Shown here: positions 20,517-29,396 of the stretch, piece by piece | Position numbering within the stretch: the first letter of the stretch is position 1 | How the letters are laid out: each line of letters begins with the position of its first letter | From: Verrucomicrobiia bacterium | Lineage (GTDB): Bacteria; Verrucomicrobiota; Verrucomicrobiia; Limisphaerales; JADLHS01 | Assembly: GCA_023953615.1 (NCBI GenBank) | Contig: JAMLJH010000001.1 | Coordinates: 9,362 to 73,361, forward strand | Length of the DNA stretch: 64,000 nucleotides | Direction of reading: 5' to 3' | Program-made: the position numbers and the translations under genes | The notes under the pieces: generated by a model | What the model was told of the DNA's origin: nothing | Database searches by the model: none | Seen by the model: only the letters and a program-made list of their open reading frames with translations

Positions 20517-21608
20517 CTACCGCTGGATTCGCGCCGTGCCGCCGCGCGCAAACGCTTTGACCTGTTCGAGCGTGGCCATGGTGGTGTCGCCCGGAAAAGT
20601 AGTAAGCAACGCGCCGTGCGCCCAACCGAGGTTCACCGCTTCCTGCTCCGTCGCGCCACTCAGCAAACCATAAAAGAATCCCGCCGCGTAGCCGTCGCCA
20701 CCGCCCACGCGATCCCAAACGTCCAACTCGCAAACCGGAGATTGATACGTCTGACCGTTGACCCAGGCCACCGTAGCCCACGAATGGCGATTGGTGGAAT
20801 GAACCTCGCGCAAGGTGGTGCCGACAATTTTGATGTTCGGAAATTTCTTAACCGCCCGTTCGATGGTCGCGTAAAAGGCGCTGGGGTCCAGCTTGGCCTT
20901 CTGCTCCACGTCCTGGCCCGCGATATCGAGGCCCTTTTGCAAATCCTCCTCGTTGCCCACCAGCACATCCACATGCTCCACAATGCGACCCAGCACATTA
21001 ACCGCTTGCGCCTGCCCGCCCCAGATGTCCCAAAGTTTCTGCCGATAATTCAGATCGAACGAGGTAACCGCCCCGGCAGCCTTGGCGGCCCGCATCGCTT
21101 CAATGATGACTTCCCCGGTCGTTTCCGAAAGCGCGGCAAAAATTCCACCGGAATGAAACCACCGGACCCCGGTGGCAAAGATTTTTGACCAATCAAAATC
21201 GCCTGGCTTAAGTCGGCCCGCGGCTTCGTTCGAGCGATTGTAAAAGACCACCGGCGCGCGCACCCCATGACCGCGATCAGAATACACGGTGGCCATGTTC
21301 GGTCCACGCACTCCGTCATGTTGGAAAATTTGATAGAACGGTTTCACGCCCATCGCCCGGATGCGTTCGGCAATGAGGTCGCCGATCGGATAATTCACCA
21401 TTGCCGTGGCGATTCCAGTGTTAAGCCGGAAGCAATCCGCCAGGTTGGCAGCGACGTTGAATTCGCCGCCGCTGACGTGAATATCGCAGTGCGTCGCCTT
21501 ACGGAACGGAACAATACCCGGATCCAGCCGATGCACGAGGGCACCGAGAGAAAGAAAATCCAGCGCGCCAGTTGGGGAAATTTTCAAGCCATGATTCATA
21601 GCAGTCAT
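20517..21608 (-). CDS. PfkB-family sugar kinase (2-dehydro-3-deoxygluconokinase-like)
   Basis: Motifs GGEFNVAANLA, DLNYRQKLW and GGGDGYAAGFFYG. The likely start is an internal Met near 21608 (track start 21818 adds an Arg-rich junk-like leader). Confidence 0.75.
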   Translation of the reverse strand: MTAMNHGLKISPTGALDFLSLGALVHRLDPGIVPFRKATHCDIHVSGGEFNVAANLADCFRLNTGIATAMVNYPIGDLIAERIRAMGVKPFYQIFQHDGVRGPNMATVYSDRGHGVRAPVVFYNRSNEAAGRLKPGDFDWSKIFATGVRWFHSGGIFAALSETTGEVIIEAMRAAKAAGAVTSFDLNYRQKLWDIWGGQAQAVNVLGRIVEHVDVLVGNEEDLQKGLDIAGQDVEQKAKLDPSAFYATIERAVKKFPNIKIVGTTLREVHSTNRHSWATVAWVNGQTYQSPVCELDVWDRVGGGDGYAAGFFYGLLSGATEQEAVNLGWAHGALLTTFPGDTTMATLEQVKAFARGGTARIQR

Positions 21609-21808
21609 CTTTAATCGCGAAGCCATCATGCGAAATTTTCGCCGCACTTCAATCTTCTTCAACCAGGAAGCCAGAAATGGGGTCATCTCTCGAAGACAGC
21701 AGCATTCGCCGTCAACCGGCATGGTGCGGACTCGGACTCTGGTACGTTTTCTCCTTTTTCTCGTTTTGAAGTGGCGAAACCCATCCGGACGCCGCACAAT
21801 GTTTCCGC

Positions 21809-22225
21809 ATGAGTTCACAGAACCAAACCGCGAACCCGCCGATGATCAAGCCGCGGCGAATCTTGGTAGTGGATGATGAACCATTCGTGTGCGATGCCAT
21901 CCGGATGATGCTCGCCTTTGACGGGCATCAAGTGAAAACCGCCGGGAACGCCAAGGAGGCGCTGCAAATGTTTGCGCCCGGCGAGTATGATCTCGTCATG
22001 ACCGACTACGCCATGCCCGAGATGAAAGGAGATGAACTCGCCGACGCCATCAAGGCGCTCGCGCCCCAACAACCGATCATTTTGATCACGGCGTATGCGG
22101 AAATGCTCCGCTTCGATGACGCGCCGTTGCGCAGTGTGGATTTCATCATCAGCAAACCGTTTTTGCTGGAGACGCTGCGCACGGCCATTCAGAAAACCAC
22201 CGGCGAACCGGCCGCCCCGGTTTAA
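21809..22225 (+). CDS. single-domain response regulator (CheY-like receiver)
   Basis: Motifs RILVVDDEP, DLVMTDYAMPEMKG and ILITAY. Confidence 0.85.
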   Translation: MSSQNQTANPPMIKPRRILVVDDEPFVCDAIRMMLAFDGHQVKTAGNAKEALQMFAPGEYDLVMTDYAMPEMKGDELADAIKALAPQQPIILITAYAEMLRFDDAPLRSVDFIISKPFLLETLRTAIQKTTGEPAAPV

Positions 22226-22680
22226 CCCGCAATTTTCTCGATGAAGATTCGGCGTCCATTGCCGAATCATTGCGTGAAACCGGGCCGATGGCGGAGTCGA
22301 ACCCCATCCGCTTCAGCACGTAAGATCACGACGACTACCCTCGGGATGACCAACCGCGTTCCGGGATTCCAGCAATGAGCGGTGGCCAAACAGAGACTCG
22401 ATCGCTGAACGTGGGAGAGCGATTGGTATGAATCCATTCAAGTCCGGGGTTGGGAATCCCGGGACGTCTGTGGACGTCCATTTTCAAGACTGCTGGGAAA
22501 AACCTGCCAAGCTTCGGATATGAAAGATGTCAGCAAAAGAAGGCAAGGCGTTGAAAAACCGACCTCAACGGTGATTATTTTTGAGAGAAACTCATTGATT
22601 GAAAAATGTTCGATTGGAAAAAGTTTTGCGACAGCAGCAATACTGGTGCAGCACTTGCTTGAGTTGAACCATACTTTGTC

Positions 22681-25257
22681 ATGAACTGGAAAGCTAAACT
22701 CGCCGCCTACCTGCACGATCCGCCGCACAAGCCAGTTGGCATCCAACACCATGAGCAGGAACGCGGCTCGTTTCTAAACCGTTTTGGTTTATCCTCCGAG
22801 GACATGGCCGCGTTCGAAAAATCTGCTGATTGGCAGGCTGCGGCTGCGGATCGTCTCATCTTTCCCGATCCGGCCAAGTCCAAATTACGGGTGGATTGGA
22901 AAGGAAGTTGGATGGAGTTCTGTCACCCGCTGGGAGGCGGCCGTCTCAGGGCGGGCGCATTTCCTCCCACGGCCGCACAACTGGAAATCGAAATCACCCG
23001 CGCTGTGGAAGCCGTGGCGCTCCGAGATGCCCAAGACTGGTCGGCCAAATTCATTGCTGGATGGCGGCTATGGCCGGAACTGGCTGCCCGCGAGCAAAAT
23101 CCTCACCACGCCTATCTCGTCGCCGACACGCGCATTCCCGACCACACGCTCTGGCACCATAATGCGCTGGCGGCGACCTTCACGGGGTGCAACGGGAAAC
23201 CCGCCTTTCTGTTGTTTCAGATTGGCCCGGTACAGGATTTCATTGCGCAAGCTCGGAAGACCCAGGATCTCTGGTCCGGCAGTTACTTGCTCAGCTTACT
23301 CATTGCTCAAGCCATGCTCGCGGTGGCTGATCAAATCGGGCCGGACGCCATCATTTTTCCACAACTGCGCGGCCTGCCCTTGGCGGATTTCCATTGGTGG
23401 AAGCGTGGCTACCTCGGAGATTTGAAATTTCGAGCCAGCCACCCCAACGAACTACTCACACCTAATTTACCCAACCGCTTCCTCGCACTGGTGCCGACCG
23501 ATCAAGGAACGGAACTGGCGCAAACCGCCGCCGCTGCAGTCCACCAGACCTGGAACGACATCGCCGCCAAGGTCAAAACCTTCCTGGATAAGCAACTCAA
23601 CGGTCAATGCCCTGATTGGGACCAACATTGGACCGCCCAGATCGCCCGTTTTCCCGCAGTGGATTGGGTGGTTCATCCGTGGAGCAAAACGTCGGAAGCC
23701 CTGCAATCCGCCGCTAACGGCACGCCTCCCTTACCTGGCGGTTGGCAGAAACATGCCTTGCGACAGGCTCAACGTTGGGCCGAGGAGTTTATTCCCACCA
23801 ACGAACGGGAAGCCTACGGGCCATGTTCCAACGCTGGTTTTGCTTGGGCATTACACTTCGCCACCACGGATTGGAAACTTGCCGCCGCCAAGAACGCCCG
23901 CGGTTTTGCAGCATGGCAATCAGTCGGTCGGCTCAATGCCGATGGCGTCCCCAAAGATCACTTGGATGGGCGCAATGAAGTGCTGGGCGGCCCGGACCAC
24001 GAACGATTTTGGCAAGTATTACGCGAGCGATGCCCGAAACAATTCAAGGGTTCGCAACTCTATGGCGCCTTGTCCGTGATCAAACGACTTTGGCCGGAGG
24101 TGTATTTGCCAGACACGTTAGACTTGGATTGTAAGGATCATGGTCATCCGGTGTTTCAGCCGGTCGATGCAATTGCTCAAATTGACGATGCGATTAGTAA
24201 CGACCAAGAAGGTGCGGAAACCTACTATGCCGTGCTCTGTATGGACGGTGATGATATGGGGCAGTGGATCAGTGGCAGCAAAGCCGCGCCGCTGCTGAAC
24301 AGCCTCGCTCAAGAAGCTCAAGACTATTTCCGCCGGCATTGGCAGACCGGAGAAGGTGGCCTCGCGGCGGATCAGGTTCAACGCCCGTTGTCGCCGGGTT
24401 ACCATGTCGCGATTTCGGAAGCCCTTTCCAATTTCAGTCTCTACTGTGCGGGACCCATCGTGCGGGCTTTTGGAGGGCAGCTGATTTACGCGGGCGGCGA
24501 CGACGTACTGGCCATGCTGCCGGCGCGCAACGCCTTGGATTGCGCGCAGGCACTACAACTGACTTTCCGAGGCGTCAACCCAGATCACCCAGATGCTCAC
24601 GCTTCGGAGGAGGTGAAAGCTGTTCTTGGTGGACTGTTCGACTTCCCCGCTCCCGGCTTCATTACCTGTAAGCGTGACGCGGGCTACAAGACACGCCTAA
24701 AACCCAACTGGCCCTTGCTGGTCATGGGACCGAAAGCCACAGCCTCGGTCGGCATCGCCATCGGCCATGTCCGCTCACCGATGCAGGACACCATTCAAGC
24801 GGCGCGCGAAGCCGAGCGGCTGGCCAAGGAAGTCCCGAACAAAGGCGCTTTTGCGCTGCAAGTTCTCAAGCGCTCGGGCGAAGCCGTTGGTTTTACGGCC
24901 CGTTGGTCATCCGGAGTGGTGTCGGTCTGGAGCGAATTGGAAGCTGGGATTCATGATTTGAGCGGACGGTTTGCCTACCGCTACGCCAGCTTGGTCAAGG
25001 CCCTCGTTGTCACTGGCGGCGGACCGGATGGCGCCGGCTACGCCTCCGAATGGACTGAAACGCTCCGTGAAGTCATCGAAGCCGAATTACGCCACGTGTT
25101 GATACAACAAGGCGACTTCAAAGCGGATAAGGCGCGCGAGCAAGCACAACACTGGTGTGCAATTCTCACGGAAGCTCTCAATCCACGCGACTACCTCCAT
25201 TTCTGGATGACTTGGGCCTTTATCAACCGCCTGACCAAACCCTCAACCGATGATTAG
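22681..25257 (+). CDS. cas10: type III-B Cas10/Cmr2 large subunit, cyclase (Palm) motif intact
   Basis: N-terminal AAYLHDPPHKP (Cmr2-type), first palm VLCMDGDDMGQWISG, and GGDD in IYAGGDDVLAMLPA (about 24.49 kb). Length is 858 aa. Confidence 0.9.
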   Translation: MNWKAKLAAYLHDPPHKPVGIQHHEQERGSFLNRFGLSSEDMAAFEKSADWQAAAADRLIFPDPAKSKLRVDWKGSWMEFCHPLGGGRLRAGAFPPTAAQLEIEITRAVEAVALRDAQDWSAKFIAGWRLWPELAAREQNPHHAYLVADTRIPDHTLWHHNALAATFTGCNGKPAFLLFQIGPVQDFIAQARKTQDLWSGSYLLSLLIAQAMLAVADQIGPDAIIFPQLRGLPLADFHWWKRGYLGDLKFRASHPNELLTPNLPNRFLALVPTDQGTELAQTAAAAVHQTWNDIAAKVKTFLDKQLNGQCPDWDQHWTAQIARFPAVDWVVHPWSKTSEALQSAANGTPPLPGGWQKHALRQAQRWAEEFIPTNEREAYGPCSNAGFAWALHFATTDWKLAAAKNARGFAAWQSVGRLNADGVPKDHLDGRNEVLGGPDHERFWQVLRERCPKQFKGSQLYGALSVIKRLWPEVYLPDTLDLDCKDHGHPVFQPVDAIAQIDDAISNDQEGAETYYAVLCMDGDDMGQWISGSKAAPLLNSLAQEAQDYFRRHWQTGEGGLAADQVQRPLSPGYHVAISEALSNFSLYCAGPIVRAFGGQLIYAGGDDVLAMLPARNALDCAQALQLTFRGVNPDHPDAHASEEVKAVLGGLFDFPAPGFITCKRDAGYKTRLKPNWPLLVMGPKATASVGIAIGHVRSPMQDTIQAAREAERLAKEVPNKGAFALQVLKRSGEAVGFTARWSSGVVSVWSELEAGIHDLSGRFAYRYASLVKALVVTGGGPDGAGYASEWTETLREVIEAELRHVLIQQGDFKADKAREQAQHWCAILTEALNPRDYLHFWMTWAFINRLTKPSTDD

Positions 25258-25259
25258 CT

Positions 25260-26399
25260 ATGAACCCACTACTCATTGAACCCACCGACGTTTTGTTTTT
25301 TCGCGATGCCGTGCCGATGTCCGCTGGCCAGGGCAAAGGCGCCGGGTGCCGACTGCCTTTTCCCAGTACGCTGCATGAAGCTTTTCGGGGCAGTCTATTG
25401 CGAACGTCAGGCGAAACCATCCGCAGCAAGCAAATCGAAGGTCGCCCGCGCACGGCGAGCCGCTCCGGCAACTGGCATGTGGACGGTCATGACGGCAGAA
25501 CGTTCATCGCCACCAAAGCCTATCGCTCACTGCGCACCATCGGCCCGTTGCCCTACCAGAACGGACAGTTGCGGCTGCCGGTGCCGAATGATGTTGCGCG
25601 CGCTCCCGATGGTCGCCTGTCCCGATTACAGCTCTGGCGCGATGCGGCCGTTGCCGCCCGGCAAACCGCGCCACGTCCGGCTGAATTTCGCCCGTTCTGT
25701 CTGCCGATGGCGATTACACCACCCGACAAGCATGGCCAGCTTTCCGGCTGGTGGACCACGGCTCAATACCGGGCTTACCTCGATACCGCCCGCGCACCAG
25801 GCGAGCACAAGAATAGCCCCGGCGAATTTTTCCGCCCACTGCCGACTGCAGATCTTTGGGTCGCCGAGTCGCGCGTAGGCGTGCAAATTAATCCCCGCTC
25901 GTCCGCATCCGTCGAGGGGCAGCTTTACGCCAGCAGTTATTTGCGTATGGGACAACGCACCCGCTTGGTGGCTTGGGCGGAAGTCGCTGACCCTCTACAG
26001 GCCCGCAATGGCGAGGCGAAGGCCCGTCAGCACGAGCGCGATCAACTGGCGGGGCTGGATTGGCTTTTGCTCGGCGGCGAATTTCGCCTCGCCCGCCTCT
26101 GGCACCAGACCGAAGACAGGCAGGCAATCCCTGATCCGTTGGGCGAACTTCTCTTACCGCCGGACCCGCCGTCGGGCGATGGCCCTTGTCTGCTCAAATG
26201 GATTCTCGTCACTCCGGCAATTTTTGCGCATGGCAGCCTCCCGGGCTGGTGTTGGAACGCATCCGATGGCCGCCCCCCAGGCGAAGTCCGGTTGGGCGCG
26301 TCCAAACGAAAAGCTGATCACGGACCCCTTCCCACTCGCGGCACCAATGTTGGAGCTGGACATTGTGAACCCGCATTACGAAGCGGACGGCCGCGATAA
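25260..26399 (+). CDS. cmr3: Cmr3 (Cas5-family) subunit, 3' end apparently disrupted
   Basis: N-terminus LIEPTDVLFFRDAVPMSAGQG...PFPSTLHEAFRGSLL, central LLLGGEFRLARL, and ILVTPAIFAHGSLPGW. After about 26280 the frame reads as Arg/Gly-rich junk until the stop. Confidence 0.8.
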   Translation: MNPLLIEPTDVLFFRDAVPMSAGQGKGAGCRLPFPSTLHEAFRGSLLRTSGETIRSKQIEGRPRTASRSGNWHVDGHDGRTFIATKAYRSLRTIGPLPYQNGQLRLPVPNDVARAPDGRLSRLQLWRDAAVAARQTAPRPAEFRPFCLPMAITPPDKHGQLSGWWTTAQYRAYLDTARAPGEHKNSPGEFFRPLPTADLWVAESRVGVQINPRSSASVEGQLYASSYLRMGQRTRLVAWAEVADPLQARNGEAKARQHERDQLAGLDWLLLGGEFRLARLWHQTEDRQAIPDPLGELLLPPDPPSGDGPCLLKWILVTPAIFAHGSLPGWCWNASDGRPPGEVRLGASKRKADHGPLPTRGTNVGAGHCEPALRSGRPR

Positions 26400-26949
26400 G
26401 CGAAATCTCACCCCAAACGCTTTCCTCTGTGTTGAGCCGGGCATCATCTGGCGCTTCGTGTTCTTCGTCCGCGCCGGCGCACCAGATGCCACTAAACTGA
26501 AAGAACAAACGCAAACTTGGATTAAGGATACGCTAACCCAAACCGGTATCGGTGCCAAAACTGCAGCGGGCTATGGTCGCTTTCGTCTCCCTACTAAAGA
26601 CGATCGAACCGCTCAGGAAAAACGTCAGCATGAGGTGGACGCGGCTCAAGTCAAGGCCGCGGAGCAGGCCAAGTTGGAAGCGGAAAAAGCCAAGCTACGC
26701 GATGAGGCTCAAGCAAAAACGAAGCATGACTATCCCAACCCAGCTTCGTTCAAAAATCTGGTGCTTGATAAACTGAACCCCGGTCAGCTCGAGCAACTCC
26801 GCAATCAAATTCCTGCGCTGCAAAAACCGGAAAATGAATCCTGGCGCGAGGAATTGAAGCAACGGCTGGCCTCCCGTGACTACAAAGACATCCGCAAACG
26901 CCTCCGGGGGAAAGACTGGTTCCCCCCGGATTGGTTGCCGCCACAATAA
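26266..26949 (+). CDS. Cmr6-like RAMP C-terminal fragment plus ~120-aa charged helical tail (possible pseudogene remnant or fusion partner of cmr3)
   Basis: Frame +1 relative to cmr3. It contains KLITDPFP, LELDIVNPHY, PNAFLCVEPGIIWRFVFFV and GIGAKTAAGYGRF, matching the C-terminal half of Cmr6 as I recall it. No Cmr6 N-terminal half is present. The start codon is uncertain (ATG 26266 or 26347). Confidence 0.6.
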   Translation: MAAPQAKSGWARPNEKLITDPFPLAAPMLELDIVNPHYEADGRDKRNLTPNAFLCVEPGIIWRFVFFVRAGAPDATKLKEQTQTWIKDTLTQTGIGAKTAAGYGRFRLPTKDDRTAQEKRQHEVDAAQVKAAEQAKLEAEKAKLRDEAQAKTKHDYPNPASFKNLVLDKLNPGQLEQLRNQIPALQKPENESWREELKQRLASRDYKDIRKRLRGKDWFPPDWLPPQ

Positions 26950-26958
26950 CACCGCGCC

Positions 26959-27786
26959 ATGCAACTGAAATTCCAAGAATACAAGTTTACCCTGCTCACC
27001 CCCTGCTTCAGCGGTACGGCGTTGGGCAAGTACGGTGACCATGCCGAAATGCGGATTCCCCCCATCCGCGGACATGTTCGTTTCTGGCATCGGGCATTGT
27101 TCGGCGCGAACGACGCGAACCGTATTTGGGGCAGCGCCAGCGGTAATGAAGGACAAGGCAGCCGGGTGGCGCTCCGCTTTGTCGGTTCGGTGCCCAGCAA
27201 ACACGCCCATCCCAAAGCCACCACGCTGCCGCACAAGGATAATCCGGGCCAGCGTGGGCCGCGCCCCGCTTTGGCGGCCGGCGAATCGTTCACCCTTCAC
27301 CTGCAACGCTTGGTCGGCTGCACCCACGATGACTGGGATCACGCCCGACGCGCCGTCAAACTTTGGTTGCTCCTTGGCGGCCTCGGGCTGCGTGCCAACC
27401 GCGCTGCCGGCAGCGTGTGGCCTTTGCCGTCCGGAGGTTGGGACAAACCGCCAGCGACCCGAGAGGAGCTCAAGCAAACCCTGAGAGATATTGGCTGCCG
27501 CTGGCCCGTCAGTTTGATCGGAGAAAATGCAGAAAAGGACGCAACGGAATTGCGGGAGGTCGCATCAGACACGGTCAACAATGCAGAATACTTTGGTTCT
27601 GCCGGCAGGGATCGTAAACCGTCCCCCACCAAATTCAAAGTGATCCGCCTGGGATCAGCCTGCTGTTTGTTGGCCACCGCTCCGCGCGCTGACAACCACT
27701 CCAGCCCACTCCCCGGTGCCCATGCTCTCTTGAAGGATAAATTCCGCTGGAAAGCGCTCGGCGAATGGCACCCTTTACTCCCATGA
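26959..27786 (+). CDS. cmr1: Cmr1-like RAMP protein
   Basis: YKFTLLTPCFSGTA...MRIPPIRGHVRFWHRALFG and LWLLLGGLGLRANRAAG (G-rich loop). Confidence 0.75.
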   Translation: MQLKFQEYKFTLLTPCFSGTALGKYGDHAEMRIPPIRGHVRFWHRALFGANDANRIWGSASGNEGQGSRVALRFVGSVPSKHAHPKATTLPHKDNPGQRGPRPALAAGESFTLHLQRLVGCTHDDWDHARRAVKLWLLLGGLGLRANRAAGSVWPLPSGGWDKPPATREELKQTLRDIGCRWPVSLIGENAEKDATELREVASDTVNNAEYFGSAGRDRKPSPTKFKVIRLGSACCLLATAPRADNHSSPLPGAHALLKDKFRWKALGEWHPLLP

Positions 27787-27947
27787 AATCTCGTTTGCCT
27801 GATCCCTCGTGGCCGCCGCCATGGGCCCTGACTGGAAAGCCAACCCTCAATGGTCTGCTGCGCATTCAGACACCGACCGACCGGCGCATCTCCAAACGTC
27901 CACTTTATTTTTGACAAAACTCTGATGTTCCAACCTATACCCAAGTT

Positions 27948-29138
27948 ATGAAAACACAGCTCTGCTTGCTCAGTGGCGAATTGATGCCCAACGTTATTGG
28001 CGTGCTGCATTCGGGCGTCCGACAGGTGCTGCCCATTGTCAGCCGTGAATCCGCGGCCCAGGTGGATAGTTTCCGGCAGACACTGGCTGCCACCGGCAAT
28101 CCGGTAACCGTACTCGACCCTGTCACGGTGCTGCCGTTTGATCCTGCGGACTGCCGAAACACTCTCAGTCAAGCCATCGGAAACCATCCAGATTTGGAAA
28201 TCAATTGGACCGGTGGAACCAAGATCATGAGCTACGCCGTCCGCCAGCTGGCGGAAAAACACGGACTTCCCGCCTTGTACGTCAATACCAATGGTCGGGA
28301 AATCCTCCGCGAAAATCCCGCCGACGGCAGCGTACGGTCCGAGATGATTGATACGGCGCGACTGGGGTTAAACGTGTTGACCCATATTCTCGCCGCCGGG
28401 CATACGGTCGAAGGAGGGGAGTCGCTGGAGGCCTTTCGCACCCGCTGTACGCCCGCTCCCGAACTGGTTCAAGCGGCCACCCTCATTCTGGATGCCCGGC
28501 CATCGGAACGTTATGAATTGCGTGAACTGGCAAAAGCTGATCGCGCCGCTTTCCAACCACAACAACTGAACGCCGATTTTCTCAAGGCGCTGACCCAGGC
28601 CGGTCTGATTGAGCCCGCTGCGGATGCGGGAAAATTCTTCCTCGCGCATACCACCAAACTCCATCCGTTCCATCGGCAGAGTCCTGAGGAGCAAAATGCT
28701 ATTTTCCTGCGCAGCACTTATCTTGAAGTTTTCTTGTGGTCGCAGATTAAGGAGCGCAGCGCGATCGAAGACGTCGCCTGGCATGTCGCGCTCAATCCCG
28801 GCGTTCGGGGCCGTGCTGCTGAACTGGACGTTGCCCTGGCTCACGAAGGGCGTTTCGTGGTGTTGGAATGCAAACAACACTTGGACCTGAAAGAGCTGGC
28901 GAAGGTGATTGAAGAGCAGGCGGCTCGGACCCGTCGCATCGGGCGATTATTTGGACGCTGGATGCTCTATATTCATCATTCGCGGGCGGAATACGATGCC
29001 CCCGGATCTGACGCCATTATTGCCAGTCAGGCAGCCAGAGCTGCTGACTACGGCGGCAAACTACTTTGGCACGACGATCTAAAAGATCTGCCGGTCACGG
29101 TCGCCTCTTTTCTTAACGAAGGTCGGCTCACGCTTTGA
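27948..29138 (+). CDS. can2: Can2/Card1-family effector: N-terminal CARF domain plus C-terminal PD-(D/E)xK nuclease
   Basis: CARF hallmarks LSGELMPNV and INWTGGTKIMS. The nuclease motif is ELDVALAHEGRFVVLECK (D..E.K). Confidence 0.75.
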   Translation: MKTQLCLLSGELMPNVIGVLHSGVRQVLPIVSRESAAQVDSFRQTLAATGNPVTVLDPVTVLPFDPADCRNTLSQAIGNHPDLEINWTGGTKIMSYAVRQLAEKHGLPALYVNTNGREILRENPADGSVRSEMIDTARLGLNVLTHILAAGHTVEGGESLEAFRTRCTPAPELVQAATLILDARPSERYELRELAKADRAAFQPQQLNADFLKALTQAGLIEPAADAGKFFLAHTTKLHPFHRQSPEEQNAIFLRSTYLEVFLWSQIKERSAIEDVAWHVALNPGVRGRAAELDVALAHEGRFVVLECKQHLDLKELAKVIEEQAARTRRIGRLFGRWMLYIHHSRAEYDAPGSDAIIASQAARAADYGGKLLWHDDLKDLPVTVASFLNEGRLTL

Positions 29139-29150
29139 TATGGGAAAATC

Positions 29151-29393
29151 ATGACCCTCGACGTTTCCACTCTCTACGTCGCCACCGGCACCGCCAAATT
29201 GGCCGATCTGCCCGCTTACGAAGCCCGTGTGCGTGAACTCGTTCCCCCCGGTGCGGACGTAACTCTCACCGGCCCGGGACCGGTCTGGCTTTACCTCCGT
29301 CTCGCCCACCGGCTGCATGGTCGCGTCCGCATCCTGACCTACACCAGTCCCGTTAGCGGCCCCGTCGAGATTTTCAACCATAACCCCGGTTGA
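29151..29393 (+). CDS. csx3: Csx3-like protein (Crn3-type cA4 ring nuclease candidate)
   Basis: 80 aa. LTGPGPVWLYLRLAHRLHGRVRILTYTSPVSGPVEIFNHNP fits my remembered Csx3 pattern G-x-G-P-x-W-L...H..H...P..G.V.....H. Confidence 0.6.
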   Translation: MTLDVSTLYVATGTAKLADLPAYEARVRELVPPGADVTLTGPGPVWLYLRLAHRLHGRVRILTYTSPVSGPVEIFNHNPG

Positions 29394-29396
29394 ATC

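Noticed and set aside
22285-22320. tRNA/tmRNA-like T-arm (GGGGTTCGACTCC on the minus strand) as an integration att remnant at the left edge of the cas island
   Set aside because: The flanking bases do not form a proper T-stem or acceptor stem, and no cloverleaf can be drawn. At best it is a decayed fragment, and it cannot be supported without a genome-wide comparison.
22681-22800. Calling an active HD nuclease domain in Cas10 from the LHDPPHK motif
   Set aside because: This motif is typical of Cmr2 N-termini, but I cannot verify the remaining HD-superfamily metal ligands by eye, so no claim is made either way.
26008-26265. Using the full track ORF 26008..26949 as a complete second RAMP gene overlapping cmr3
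   Set aside because: The first ~85 codons (MARRRPVSTSAINWRGW...) are Arg-rich out-of-frame sequence lying over good Cmr3 coding sequence. Only the part from about 26290 onward looks like real protein.
29151-29393. Whether the 80-aa ORF is the missing cas2
   Set aside because: It has no Cas2-like N-terminal beta-strand/Asp pattern (e.g. YDI). The GPGPVWL...AH..H pattern fits Csx3 better.
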